32,000 bases of DNA from Acinetobacter wanghuae (GTDB taxonomy: Bacteria > Pseudomonadota > Gammaproteobacteria > Pseudomonadales > Moraxellaceae): assembly GCF_009557235.1 (NCBI RefSeq), contig NZ_CP045650.1:480001-512000 (forward strand). The letters run 5' to 3'. This document shows, piece after piece, positions 22,110 through 30,913 of the stretch. The notes beneath the pieces were generated by a model, which worked only from the letters and a program-made list of their open reading frames with translations, had not been told where the DNA came from and made no database searches. The stretch's first letter is position 1. Every line of letters starts with the position of its first letter. A program made the translations under genes and the position numbers.

Positions 22110-22961
22110 ATGGATCAGATTAAACAAAAAGAAAAAGCATTAAGAAAAAGGGAAAGAGCATTTGACCATGTCTATTACATAGTATTGGGTATAGTGGCGA
22201 CGGTTGTTAGTTTTTACACATATTATTTTCATGATTATTATATTTCTTTAGATCCAAACGATTGGGGTGTCTTTGGGGACTTCTTAGGTGGTACGTTAAA
22301 TCCGCTTTTGGCATTTTTTAGTTTTATGCTTTTATTATTAAATCTTAAACTTCAGCGTGAACAATTGGATAATGCTGAAGAACAGTTGAAATTGAATCGT
22401 GAGGAATTAGCTGAGACAAGGAAAGCTTTAGAAAGATCAGCTCAGGCTCAAGAGGATTCAAAAAGAGTTATGGATGAGCAGTTAAGAACTCAGACTTTTC
22501 AACAAAGTGATAATTTGTTTTCGGTTATGTTTAAGCAAATCTTAGATTGTCAGATTGAGGTTGTTAAAGAATGTAATCGCCGTAAGTACTATTCAGATGG
22601 AAATCTAGATAGGCTGAGAAATGAAATAAATAAAAGAATAATTTTCAAAAAATATTTTAGATTGTTATTTCAAACATTTTCTATGTTGGAAGATATCCTT
22701 GGGTTAGAAAATACAGAAAAGTTAAAACAATATATAAAAGTTATTAGGAGTCAGCAGGAAGATGTAGTTCTGGAATTTCTGTTTATTTATATATCTGAAA
22801 ATAGGGAAAAACCATCGCACTTTCATACCTATTTAAGAATGAGTAATTTTTTCAAACATTTAAAATTAGAATTTAGAACACTTGAGTTTAAGGAAGTGTT
22901 GAAGGCATATGATGATTTTAATTTCACAGATAAAGATGAGTACTTTAAGAAAGTTGGTTAA
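22110..22961 (+). CDS. Membrane protein resembling the putative phage abortive-infection family putAbiC (candidate defence gene)
   Basis: 283 aa. Two hydrophobic helices (HVYYIVLGIVATVVSFYTYYF and LNPLLAFFSFMLLLLNL) bracket WGVFGDFLGGTLNP. A charged coiled-coil-like stretch QREQLDNAEEQLKLNREELAETRKALERSAQAQED follows. The C-terminal region has YIKVIRSQQEDVVLEFLFIYISENREKPSHFHTYLRMSNFFKHL. These motifs match my memory of the Pfam putAbiC profile (G-DFFGG-LNP ... Q-EL; Y-ILRSQLS--EL-LLFYN). The ORF is clearly more AT-rich than its neighbours and has no recognisable SD. Confidence 0.6.
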   Translation: MDQIKQKEKALRKRERAFDHVYYIVLGIVATVVSFYTYYFHDYYISLDPNDWGVFGDFLGGTLNPLLAFFSFMLLLLNLKLQREQLDNAEEQLKLNREELAETRKALERSAQAQEDSKRVMDEQLRTQTFQQSDNLFSVMFKQILDCQIEVVKECNRRKYYSDGNLDRLRNEINKRIIFKKYFRLLFQTFSMLEDILGLENTEKLKQYIKVIRSQQEDVVLEFLFIYISENREKPSHFHTYLRMSNFFKHLKLEFRTLEFKEVLKAYDDFNFTDKDEYFKKVG

Positions 22962-23035
22962 TGATAATGTGTTGTTCAAACTGTCAAAAATAAAGTTGTG
23001 CTAAAATCCCACCTTATTTTTACTTCTCCCAAAAA

Positions 23036-23830
23036 ATGAGGCATAGCGTGAAAGCTCATGTTTTATTGGGCGCGCTCGCGCTCAGCATTTCTACAATCTC
23101 TTCTGCTCAAAACACCACATCAAACGACACATTACAGCCACTCAAAAATGTCAAAGTTTCGATGCAACGTATGCTGAAAAGCAGCGATGGTCGTTATTTT
23201 TTAGATCTGTATGCGGGGATTCCTGCACCAAACGCACATTTGACCGATACACAGCAAAAGCAAAAAATTGACTTTAAAGGGCTGCAAAAGTGGCAGCAAC
23301 TCACACTACGTTCCTATGCTGTGAATGACAAAGCAGTGGCAAGTACAGAGTACGCCTTAGATGGTAATTTAAATATTATCAGTAGCCAGTTTTCAGCGCA
23401 GTTGAACGGTAAAGGCACAAATAAAAAAATCCAATTCGGACCTGCATTTAAAGCAGTAGATAAACCTGCATTACAGTTTAATTTCTTTGGTGATAAAACC
23501 TTAAAACGCGTAGATGTGATTAACAAAGCCAATGGCAAAGTGATGCAAATCCTGAAAGGGTTTAGTGCATTTCCAAATACGATTGGCTACTTAGATATTA
23601 ACTTTGATGGTTATTACGATGTAGTACTGTCAAATTTAGATGGTCATAAAGTGGAAGATCAACGCTTTATCTATTGGGTGTATAACCCAAGTACACGTCA
23701 ATTCCAACGCTCGCCACAAATGGAAAAAATCGTTGGTTTCCCAAAACTCGATGCGCAGAAAAAACAAATTCATTATGACGATAAAGTTGTTTATCAAGTT
23801 AAAGATGGGCTTTTAACTTTGGTGAATTAA
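23036..23830 (+). CDS. Secreted protein of unknown function (signal peptide; DxNxDG-type loop near the C-terminus)
   Basis: 264 aa. The signal peptide is KAHVLLGALALSISTISSAQ. The C-terminal part has YLDINFDGYYDVVLSN and FIYWVYNPSTRQFQRSP. The alternative start GTG 23048 has a better SD (GAGG, 6 nt upstream). Composition is host-like. Confidence 0.6.
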   Translation: MRHSVKAHVLLGALALSISTISSAQNTTSNDTLQPLKNVKVSMQRMLKSSDGRYFLDLYAGIPAPNAHLTDTQQKQKIDFKGLQKWQQLTLRSYAVNDKAVASTEYALDGNLNIISSQFSAQLNGKGTNKKIQFGPAFKAVDKPALQFNFFGDKTLKRVDVINKANGKVMQILKGFSAFPNTIGYLDINFDGYYDVVLSNLDGHKVEDQRFIYWVYNPSTRQFQRSPQMEKIVGFPKLDAQKKQIHYDDKVVYQVKDGLLTLVN

Positions 23831-24057
23831 GTGCGTTTAAAGATGTAGTCAAAGCGACAGGGAGGTCTGCTTTAGGGTCTTAAAATCTTGTAAAAATTAC
23901 ATTATTTATGTCTGATGAAGTTTGAAAGAGACGGGCGTAAAAATCAGAAAAAGCTTTTTTTTGGATAGAATATAAGGTGCATCACGCTCGAATCGCTCGC
24001 AGATTTTTAAAAATTTGTTAAAGTACAGCATCGAAGCACATCGCATAAGGAATAGAC

Positions 24058-24258
24058 ATGGGTTTACGTTGGACAGATACACTTGATATCGCCATTGAAC
24101 TATACGAAGCACACCCAGATGTTGACCCGCAATGGGTACGTTTTACCGATTTACATGCATGGGTATGTGCGCTTGAAAACTTCAGTGATGATCCGACAAA
24201 ATCGACTGAAGGCTTGTTAGAAGGCATTCAAATGGCATGGATTGATGAAGCGCGTTAA
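24058..24258 (+). CDS. iscX: Fe-S cluster assembly protein IscX (YfhJ)
   Basis: 66 aa. MGLRWTDTLDIAIELYEAHPDVDPQWVRFTDLHAWVCALENFSDDP matches the IscX family almost motif for motif. It has an AAGGAA SD, and ndk follows as in Pseudomonas. Confidence 0.9.
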   Translation: MGLRWTDTLDIAIELYEAHPDVDPQWVRFTDLHAWVCALENFSDDPTKSTEGLLEGIQMAWIDEAR

Positions 24259-24320
24259 TCGCTATATCGAAAAAATGCATTTTTTTACAGAGTAAAAGCA
24301 GAAAATAAGCCATTATTCGG

Positions 24321-24326
24321 TATAAT
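24321..24326 (+). promoter_or_regulatory. Candidate -10 element for ndk
   Basis: Perfect TATAAT lies 44 nt upstream of the ndk ATG, but the -35 region is poor (gcagaa). A strong SD AAGGAG is at 24358-24363. Confidence 0.35.
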
Positions 24327-24369
24327 GCGGCAAAATTTTCATGTCAACAATTGACTTAAGGAGCCTATC

Positions 24370-24801
24370 ATGGCTATCGAACGTACTTTATCTATCGTAA
24401 AACCAGACGCAGTTGCTAAAAACCACATCGGTGACATCTTTGCTCGTTTTGAGAAAGCTGGTCTTAAAATCGTTGCAACTAAAATGAAACACTTGACTCA
24501 AGCTGAAGCTGAAGGCTTCTACGCTGAGCACAAAGAACGTGGTTTCTTTGCTGACCTCGTTGCATTCATGACTTCTGGTCCAGTTGTTGTTTCAGTTCTT
24601 GAAGGCGAAAACGCTGTTCTTGCTCACCGTGACATCCTTGGCGCGACAAACCCTAAAGAAGCTGCTCCTGGTACAATCCGTGCAGATTTCGCTGTAAGCA
24701 TCGACGAAAACGCTGCTCACGGTTCTGACTCTGTAGCATCAGCTGATCGTGAAGTTAACTACTTCTTCGCTCAAACTGAGATTGCTCCACGTACTCGTTA
24801 A
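24370..24801 (+). CDS. ndk: Nucleoside-diphosphate kinase
   Basis: 143 aa. [15 protein letters not shown]...[14 protein letters not shown]...TIRADFA...NAAHGSDS, with the catalytic His in NAAHGSD. Confidence 0.97.
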   Translation: MAIERTLSIVKPDAVAKNHIGDIFARFEKAGLKIVATKMKHLTQAEAEGFYAEHKERGFFADLVAFMTSGPVVVSVLEGENAVLAHRDILGATNPKEAAPGTIRADFAVSIDENAAHGSDSVASADREVNYFFAQTEIAPRTR

Positions 24802-24813
24802 TTCGCAGTATTC

Positions 24814-24851
24814 AAACCAGATAAGTGTTATTATACTTATCTGGTTTTTTT
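24814..24851 (+). terminator. Rho-independent terminator after ndk
   Basis: aaaccagataagt-gttattat-acttatctggttttttt: a 10-bp stem plus a T7 run. Confidence 0.85.
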
Positions 24852-24923
24852 ATTCTCTGAATAATCCTTCGCTTAAATATTGAGCTTCTCCTTTCATCTT
24901 TAGACATGGTTTAGGTAATACAC

Positions 24924-26147
24924 ATGAGTACTGAAGTCGTCGCTACATCAGCAATTTCTGCTGAACAGCAACCATCTCCATCCGCTCCAGCGCAGGAAAA
25001 AGTGAACCTACTTGGCATGTCACGTCCACAAATGGAAAAATTCTTCGAAGACATGGGCGAGAAGAAGTTCCGTGCTGGGCAAGTGATGAAATGGATTCAC
25101 CAATTCTTCGTGACTGATTTTGCGCAAATGACCAATATTTCAGGTAAATTGCGTGAAAAATTAGAAAAGCTTTGTGTGATTGAAGCACCAGAAGTTGTCC
25201 ATAAAAATTACTCAAAAGACGGTACCCGTAAATGGGTGTTCCGTGTTGGCGATGGTGACGGCTCACTGGTTGAAACCGTTTTAATTCCGGCTGAACACCG
25301 CAGTGGCTTACGCCGTACTTTGTGTATTTCTTCACAAGTCGGTTGTGCTTTGGACTGTTCATTCTGTTCGACAGGAAAACAAGGTTTCCAACGTGATTTA
25401 ACCCAAGCCGAAATTATTGGTCAGTTGTGGATGGCAAACTATTCTTATATGGAAGATGTGCCTGTCCTTGAACGTGAGCGTTCAGTGACCAATGTGGTGA
25501 TGATGGGAATGGGTGAACCACTCCTGAACTATGATGCTGTTTTAAATTCAATGCGCATTATGCTCGATGACTTTGCTTATGGTATGTCGAAACGTCGTGT
25601 GACTTTGTCGACTTCAGGTGTCGTACCAAAAATTGATCAATTGGTGAAAGACATTGATGTTGCTTTAGCCATTTCTTTACACGCACCAAATGATGAATTG
25701 CGTAACGAACTTGTACCGATTAATAAAAAATATCCATTAGAACAATTGATTGCCGCATGTCAGCGCTATATTGCCAAAGACGGCAATGAAAGTTCACGTA
25801 AACACGTGACGATTGAATATGTGATGCTCGATGGGGTAAATGACCATCCTGAACATGCACAACAAATGATTAAGTTATTAAAGAACTTACCAAGCAAAAT
25901 TAATTTGATTCCGTTTAACCCGTTCCCGCATGCGCCATATGGTCGTTCAAGCCGAAACCGCATTATTTCTTTCCAAAAAACTTTGTCTGATGCTGGTTTT
26001 GTGTGTACGATTCGTCAGACACGTGGTGATGACATTGATGCTGCGTGTGGACAACTGGTCGGACAAGTCGCTGACCGCACCCGTCGTGCGGAACAGTGGA
26101 AAAAGAAAATTGCGCAGTCCAATGAGATTATGCGCTCACAAGGATAA
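24924..26147 (+). CDS. rlmN: Dual-specificity 23S rRNA/tRNA adenine-C2 methyltransferase RlmN (radical SAM)
   Basis: 407 aa. It has [11 protein letters not shown], the radical-SAM cluster motif [11 protein letters not shown], and a C-terminal DIDAACGQL. Confidence 0.95.
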   Translation: MSTEVVATSAISAEQQPSPSAPAQEKVNLLGMSRPQMEKFFEDMGEKKFRAGQVMKWIHQFFVTDFAQMTNISGKLREKLEKLCVIEAPEVVHKNYSKDGTRKWVFRVGDGDGSLVETVLIPAEHRSGLRRTLCISSQVGCALDCSFCSTGKQGFQRDLTQAEIIGQLWMANYSYMEDVPVLERERSVTNVVMMGMGEPLLNYDAVLNSMRIMLDDFAYGMSKRRVTLSTSGVVPKIDQLVKDIDVALAISLHAPNDELRNELVPINKKYPLEQLIAACQRYIAKDGNESSRKHVTIEYVMLDGVNDHPEHAQQMIKLLKNLPSKINLIPFNPFPHAPYGRSSRNRIISFQKTLSDAGFVCTIRQTRGDDIDAACGQLVGQVADRTRRAEQWKKKIAQSNEIMRSQG

Positions 26148-26161
26148 TAAGAGGTCGCCAA

Positions 26162-26962
26162 TTGACTAAGCTCATGTCTCAACTTGTTTTAACGTCAACA
26201 CTTTGTGTGTCTATTGCTTTAACTGCATGTCAAACACAGGATATCGCCAAGAAAGATCCTGAAAAAGCGGTCTTAGTACGCACCCAAATGGCTGTTGAGT
26301 ATTTAAAAAGTGGTGACTTGGATGCAGCTAAACGTGTTTTAGATGAAGCATTGGCGCTTAGTTCTCGTGATTCTCAAGCCAATATGATGATGGGCGTATT
26401 ACTGCAACAAGAAGGCAGTAAGGTCAATCTTGATAAAGCAGAAGGCTACTTTAAACGTGCGATTGCGAGCGATCCAAAGAATGCCCAAGCGCGCAATAAT
26501 TACGGCACTTACTTGTTCCAAGTGGCGCGTTATAATGATGCGATCCAACAGTTTCAAATTGCGGGCACAACCTTGGGTTATGATCAACGCTCACGTGCGC
26601 TTGAGAACATGGGACGCAGTTATCTTAAGTTGAATGATGTTGCGAATGCTGAAAAATCGTTCAACCAAGCCTTACAAGCCAATCGCGATTCTTATATTTC
26701 AATGTTAGAGTTGGCAGAGCTGGCTTATTTAAAGCAAGATTTCCCCGCTGCGACGCGTATGTATGAACAATTCGTGCGTGTCGTTGGACAAAAAAACCAG
26801 AATGCACGTGCACTCTGGGTCGGCATACGTCTTGCGCGTGCTGATGGCGATCAGATGGGTATGCAAGTATTGGTGAACCAATTACGTGCTTTGTTCCCGG
26901 AAAGCCAAGAATACCAACGTTATTTGCAATTACAGTACAGTACTGAGGCCGTATGGAAGTAA
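26162..26962 (+). CDS. pilW: Type IV pilus biogenesis/stability TPR lipoprotein PilW (PilF of Pseudomonas)
   Basis: 266 aa. A lipobox IALTAC is followed by TPR repeats (AVEYLKSGDLDAAKRVLDEALALSSRDSQA...). The rlmN-pilW-rodZ-ispG order matches Pseudomonas. The TTG start at 26162 has AAGAGG 7 nt upstream; ATG 26174 is the alternative. Confidence 0.8.
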   Translation: MTKLMSQLVLTSTLCVSIALTACQTQDIAKKDPEKAVLVRTQMAVEYLKSGDLDAAKRVLDEALALSSRDSQANMMMGVLLQQEGSKVNLDKAEGYFKRAIASDPKNAQARNNYGTYLFQVARYNDAIQQFQIAGTTLGYDQRSRALENMGRSYLKLNDVANAEKSFNQALQANRDSYISMLELAELAYLKQDFPAATRMYEQFVRVVGQKNQNARALWVGIRLARADGDQMGMQVLVNQLRALFPESQEYQRYLQLQYSTEAVWK

Positions 26963-27738
26963 ATCCTAATTCACAATCGAATCATTCGAGCGTCGCTCCA
27001 AATGCATTAGGAAATGTTCAGCGTCCTGGTGAGTACTTGCGTCAAATTCGCTTGAATAAACAGCGTGAGCTGGCAGACGTCGAGCGTGAACTGAATATCC
27101 CTGTCAAAACACTCATTGCGCTTGAGCAAGATGATTATAAAGTGTTGCCTGAAGCGACCTTTATTAAGGGGTATTATCGTACCTATGCCAAATATTTAAA
27201 TGTTGATGCGTCAAATATCATTCAGCGTTTTGATGAAATCTATGCCAATGACACCGGTCTTTTGCCGAATCATGCCCTGAACAATTCACCGATTAAAATC
27301 ATGGGTAAACTCCCAGGTTCAAATCGTGATCGTAACCGTAAATGGTTAAAACGTGGTGTGATTGGCTTGGTGATTATCTTGATCATCGCTGCCATTGTCG
27401 GTATTGCACAAAACTGGTCAAGCAGTGCAGATGTGACTGAAGAAACTGAAGTTGAAACGTCGAATGTTGAAGTGATTAACATGGATGGTGATGCAGCCGT
27501 GTCAGGCAATCAGCTGAAATTGGAATTTAATCGTCCAACGTCTGTTCATATTGTGGATTCAACGGGTAAGGTTTTGGCAACAGGTCGTCAATCTTCAGCA
27601 CTGTCACTCAATGGTGAAGCACCGTTCCAAATTCGCTTAGATGATGCGACTGCTGTGTCATTGACTTTAAATAATGAAAGTATTTCATTGTCTCCATATA
27701 CCGTGAACGGAAAAGCAGAATTCCGTTTGTCACGTTAA
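26953..27738 (+). CDS. rodZ: RodZ-like cytoskeleton protein (HTH-TM-DUF4115 architecture)
   Basis: 261 aa. It has an N-terminal XRE-type HTH (GEYLRQIRLNKQRELADVERELNIPVKTLIALEQDDY...FIKGYYRTYAKYL), one TM helix (VIGLVIILIIAAIVGIA) and a C-terminal beta-rich domain. It overlaps the pilW stop by 10 nt. Confidence 0.85.
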   Translation: MEVNPNSQSNHSSVAPNALGNVQRPGEYLRQIRLNKQRELADVERELNIPVKTLIALEQDDYKVLPEATFIKGYYRTYAKYLNVDASNIIQRFDEIYANDTGLLPNHALNNSPIKIMGKLPGSNRDRNRKWLKRGVIGLVIILIIAAIVGIAQNWSSSADVTEETEVETSNVEVINMDGDAAVSGNQLKLEFNRPTSVHIVDSTGKVLATGRQSSALSLNGEAPFQIRLDDATAVSLTLNNESISLSPYTVNGKAEFRLSR

Positions 27739-27761
27739 TGGATCGAGAGTAGAACCAAATC

Positions 27762-28883
27762 ATGATCGTAAATCCAATTCAACGCCGTCCAACACGTAAA
27801 ATTCGTGTCGGTTCAGTGTATGTCGGTGGTGATGCGCCGATTAGCATCCAAAGTATGACCAATACTGAAACCTGTGATGTGGCTGCAACGGTTGCGCAAA
27901 TTCAGCGTTGTGTGGATGTGGGTGCGGATATTATGCGTGTTTCTGTGCCAAGCATGGAAGCCGCTGCTGCCTTTGGTGAAATTCGCAAGCAAGTGAGTGT
28001 GCCATTGGTGGCAGACATTCATTTCGATTATAAAATTGCACTGGCTGTTGCCGATTTGGGCGCAGACTGTTTGCGTATTAACCCAGGTAATATTGGTTCA
28101 GAAGCCAAAATCCGTGAAGTGGTTGCTGCCGCACGTCATAATGATATTTCAATGCGTATTGGTGTCAATGCTGGTTCTTTAGAGAAAGATATTCAAAAGA
28201 AATATGGCGAACCAACAGGTCAAGCACTGCTTGAATCTGCAATGCGTCATATTGATATTCTAGACCGTCTGGATTTCCAAGAATTTAAAATTTCGGTGAA
28301 AGCATCGAATGTATTCTTGACCATGGACGCTTATCGTTTGCTGTCTCAGCAGATTGATAATCCACTGCATTTAGGTGTGACTGAAGCAGGTGTTTATCGC
28401 ACAGGTTCAATCAAATCTGCGATTGCTTTGGGCGGTCTGCTCATGGAAGGCATTGGCGATACCATGCGTATTTCATTGGCAGCGGAACCTGAAGAAGAAA
28501 TTAAAATTGGTTTTGATATTTTAAAATCATTGGGTCTGCGTTCAAACGGGATTAACTTCATTGCTTGTCCAAGCTGTTCACGTCAAGAATTTAACGTGAT
28601 TAAAGTGATGCAAGCGCTAGAAGAGCGTTTGGAAGATATTCGTACCCCAATGGATGTGTCTGTGATTGGTTGTAAAGTCAACGGTCCGGGTGAAGCCAAA
28701 GAAGCAGATATTGGTGTGGTCGGTGCAAGTCCACGTTCACTGGTCTATCGTAATGGTGAAAAGAGCCATTTAATTGATACCAATCAATTGGTTGATGAAA
28801 TCGAGTCGATGGTTCGTCAGCGTGTTGCTGACCTCGATGAAGCTAAGTCTAAAGAGATTATTCGCACAAGTTTTTCTGAGTAA
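27762..28883 (+). CDS. ispG: 4-hydroxy-3-methylbut-2-en-1-yl diphosphate synthase (flavodoxin)
   Basis: 373 aa. [24 protein letters not shown]...[12 protein letters not shown]...LRINPGNIG...[10 protein letters not shown]...[11 protein letters not shown] are all IspG/GcpE hallmarks. Confidence 0.97.
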   Translation: MIVNPIQRRPTRKIRVGSVYVGGDAPISIQSMTNTETCDVAATVAQIQRCVDVGADIMRVSVPSMEAAAAFGEIRKQVSVPLVADIHFDYKIALAVADLGADCLRINPGNIGSEAKIREVVAAARHNDISMRIGVNAGSLEKDIQKKYGEPTGQALLESAMRHIDILDRLDFQEFKISVKASNVFLTMDAYRLLSQQIDNPLHLGVTEAGVYRTGSIKSAIALGGLLMEGIGDTMRISLAAEPEEEIKIGFDILKSLGLRSNGINFIACPSCSRQEFNVIKVMQALEERLEDIRTPMDVSVIGCKVNGPGEAKEADIGVVGASPRSLVYRNGEKSHLIDTNQLVDEIESMVRQRVADLDEAKSKEIIRTSFSE

Positions 28884-28886
28884 ATC

Positions 28887-30182
28887 ATGAGTTCAATTGT
28901 AGCAATTAAAGGTTTTAATGACATTCTGCCAACGCAAACACCTGCGTGGAGACGTCTTGAACAGCATTTGTCGGGTTTGATGGATGCTTATGGTTATCAG
29001 CAAATTCGTTTGCCAATCGTTGAGCAAACCAATTTGTTTAAACGTTCTATTGGTGATGCAACCGATATCGTTGAAAAAGAAATGTACACGTTCTTGGACA
29101 AAGGTAATCCACCTGAGTCGTTGACCTTACGTCCTGAAGGGACTGCGGGTTGTGTACGTGCCATGCTTGAACATAACTTGCTGCGCGGTGCAACACCACG
29201 TGTGTGGTACATCGGACCTATGTTCCGTTATGAAAAACCACAAAAAGGTCGTTACCGTCAGTTCCACCAATTTGGTGTAGAAACTTTCGGTGTCGCAACA
29301 CCTGACCAAGACGCTGAACTCATTTTAATGACTGCGCGTTTGTGGAAACGTATGGGCGTGGCAGATAAAGTTCAACTTGAACTCAACACACTGGGTGAGT
29401 CTGATGAACGTGCAAATTACCGTGCGGCATTGGTTGAATTCTTAGAAGCACACAAAGCCGATTTAGATGAAGATTCACAGCGTCGTTTAACCACGAATCC
29501 GCTACGTATTTTGGATTCTAAAGATACCAAAACCCAAAGCATTTTGGAAAATGCGCCAAAACTTCATGACTTTATGGGTGAAGAAACGCTTGCGCATTTT
29601 GCACAGTTACAACAATATTTGACCGATGCAGGTGTCAGCTTTGTCATCAATCAAAAATTGGTACGTGGTCTTGACTACTACAACAAAACAGTCTTTGAAT
29701 GGACAACCACACATTTGGGTTCACAAGGTACAGTATGTGCTGGCGGTCGTTATGATGGCTTAGTGGGTCAATTGAAAGGTAAAGCAGATCAATCTGTGCC
29801 TGCGGTTGGTTTTGCGATGGGTATTGAACGCTTATTGCTCTTACTGGAGCAAGTTGAAGACAATACACCTGTTCGTGATTGCGAAGTCTTCTTGGTGTCA
29901 GAACAAGCATCACAAGGTCAAGCTTTAGTGATTGCAGAACAAATTCGTGACCAACTTGAAGCGGCAGGCAGCAACATTCGCTTAAAAGTCGGTTCACAAG
30001 GTTCAATGAAATCGCAAATGAAAAAAGCCGATCAAGCGGGTGCTTTATTTGCTGCGATTTTAGGTGAGCGTGAGCTTGAAGCGAAAGCATTTACCGTCAA
30101 AGAGCTGGCAACAGCAGAACAATTTGAAGTGCCATTTAATGACTTTGTGGCATTTTTTAATACTAAAATTTCTTCAAAATAA
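28887..30182 (+). CDS. hisS: Histidine--tRNA ligase
   Basis: 431 aa. It has class II motifs ([54 protein letters not shown]) plus a C-terminal anticodon-binding domain. Confidence 0.97.
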   Translation: MSSIVAIKGFNDILPTQTPAWRRLEQHLSGLMDAYGYQQIRLPIVEQTNLFKRSIGDATDIVEKEMYTFLDKGNPPESLTLRPEGTAGCVRAMLEHNLLRGATPRVWYIGPMFRYEKPQKGRYRQFHQFGVETFGVATPDQDAELILMTARLWKRMGVADKVQLELNTLGESDERANYRAALVEFLEAHKADLDEDSQRRLTTNPLRILDSKDTKTQSILENAPKLHDFMGEETLAHFAQLQQYLTDAGVSFVINQKLVRGLDYYNKTVFEWTTTHLGSQGTVCAGGRYDGLVGQLKGKADQSVPAVGFAMGIERLLLLLEQVEDNTPVRDCEVFLVSEQASQGQALVIAEQIRDQLEAAGSNIRLKVGSQGSMKSQMKKADQAGALFAAILGERELEAKAFTVKELATAEQFEVPFNDFVAFFNTKISSK

Positions 30183-30211
30183 TCCATAACATTTAGGAAA
30201 GAGATAATCAC

Positions 30212-30913
30212 ATGAGCGCAATTGGTGGTGATGAACAACTTGAAAGCTTAAAGTCCTTCACGAAGAAGTACGGTTCTTCAATCATTACAGGGATTTTAAT
30301 TGCGCTGATTGCCTTTTTCGGATGGGAATATTGGCAGAAGAAAACCTTGGCGGAATCGCAAATGCGTACCGCTAAGGTACAACAGTTGATGGACGATGCA
30401 CGTGCCAGCAATAATGGCGAAGCATTTGCAAAATTATCAGATACAGCCGATAAAATTGTAAAAGAAGCACCTGATTCAGTTCAAGCGATTCAAACCCAAT
30501 TGGTCATGGCTAAATTGGCGTATGATAAGTTTGATTTTGCAGCGGCTGAAAAAGCATTACAAAAAGTTGAAAACTCAAAACTTGATGATGCTGGTCTTAT
30601 ACATGTGGTAAAACTACGTTTAGCTTATGCACAGTTGGCTCAGAAAAAATATGATGCAGCGTTAAAAACTTTAGATGCAGTGACAGATCCTGCATTTAAA
30701 GCCACAGCGGATGAAGCGCGTGGTGATATTTATGTTGCGAAAAACGATATTGAAAATGCTAAAAAAGTATATCAAAGTGCATGGGATGCTTTGATTGAAC
30801 GTAAAGAAGAACGTCAAATTTTACAAATTAAACTCGAAAGTGTAGGCGTATTGGTAGATGATCCTGAGATCGAACGCCCAATTATAGATACAGCAGCGGA
30901 AGCAACTGAATGA
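30212..30913 (+). CDS. YfgM-like membrane-anchored TPR protein (ancillary SecYEG translocon subunit family)
   Basis: 233 aa. The N-terminal LESLKSFTKKYGSSIITGILIALIAFFGWEYWQ (TM anchor) is followed by a TPR-like periplasmic domain. It sits between hisS and bamB, as yfgM does in E. coli. Confidence 0.8.
   Translation: MSAIGGDEQLESLKSFTKKYGSSIITGILIALIAFFGWEYWQKKTLAESQMRTAKVQQLMDDARASNNGEAFAKLSDTADKIVKEAPDSVQAIQTQLVMAKLAYDKFDFAAAEKALQKVENSKLDDAGLIHVVKLRLAYAQLAQKKYDAALKTLDAVTDPAFKATADEARGDIYVAKNDIENAKKVYQSAWDALIERKEERQILQIKLESVGVLVDDPEIERPIIDTAAEATE

Noticed and set aside
23906-24227. Two minus-strand ORFs (23906..24112 and 24018..24227) opposite iscX and its upstream gap
   Set aside because: They overlap the confidently recognised iscX on the opposite strand. 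Their translations are compositionally odd (Cys/Ser/Phe-rich), and they lack an SD.
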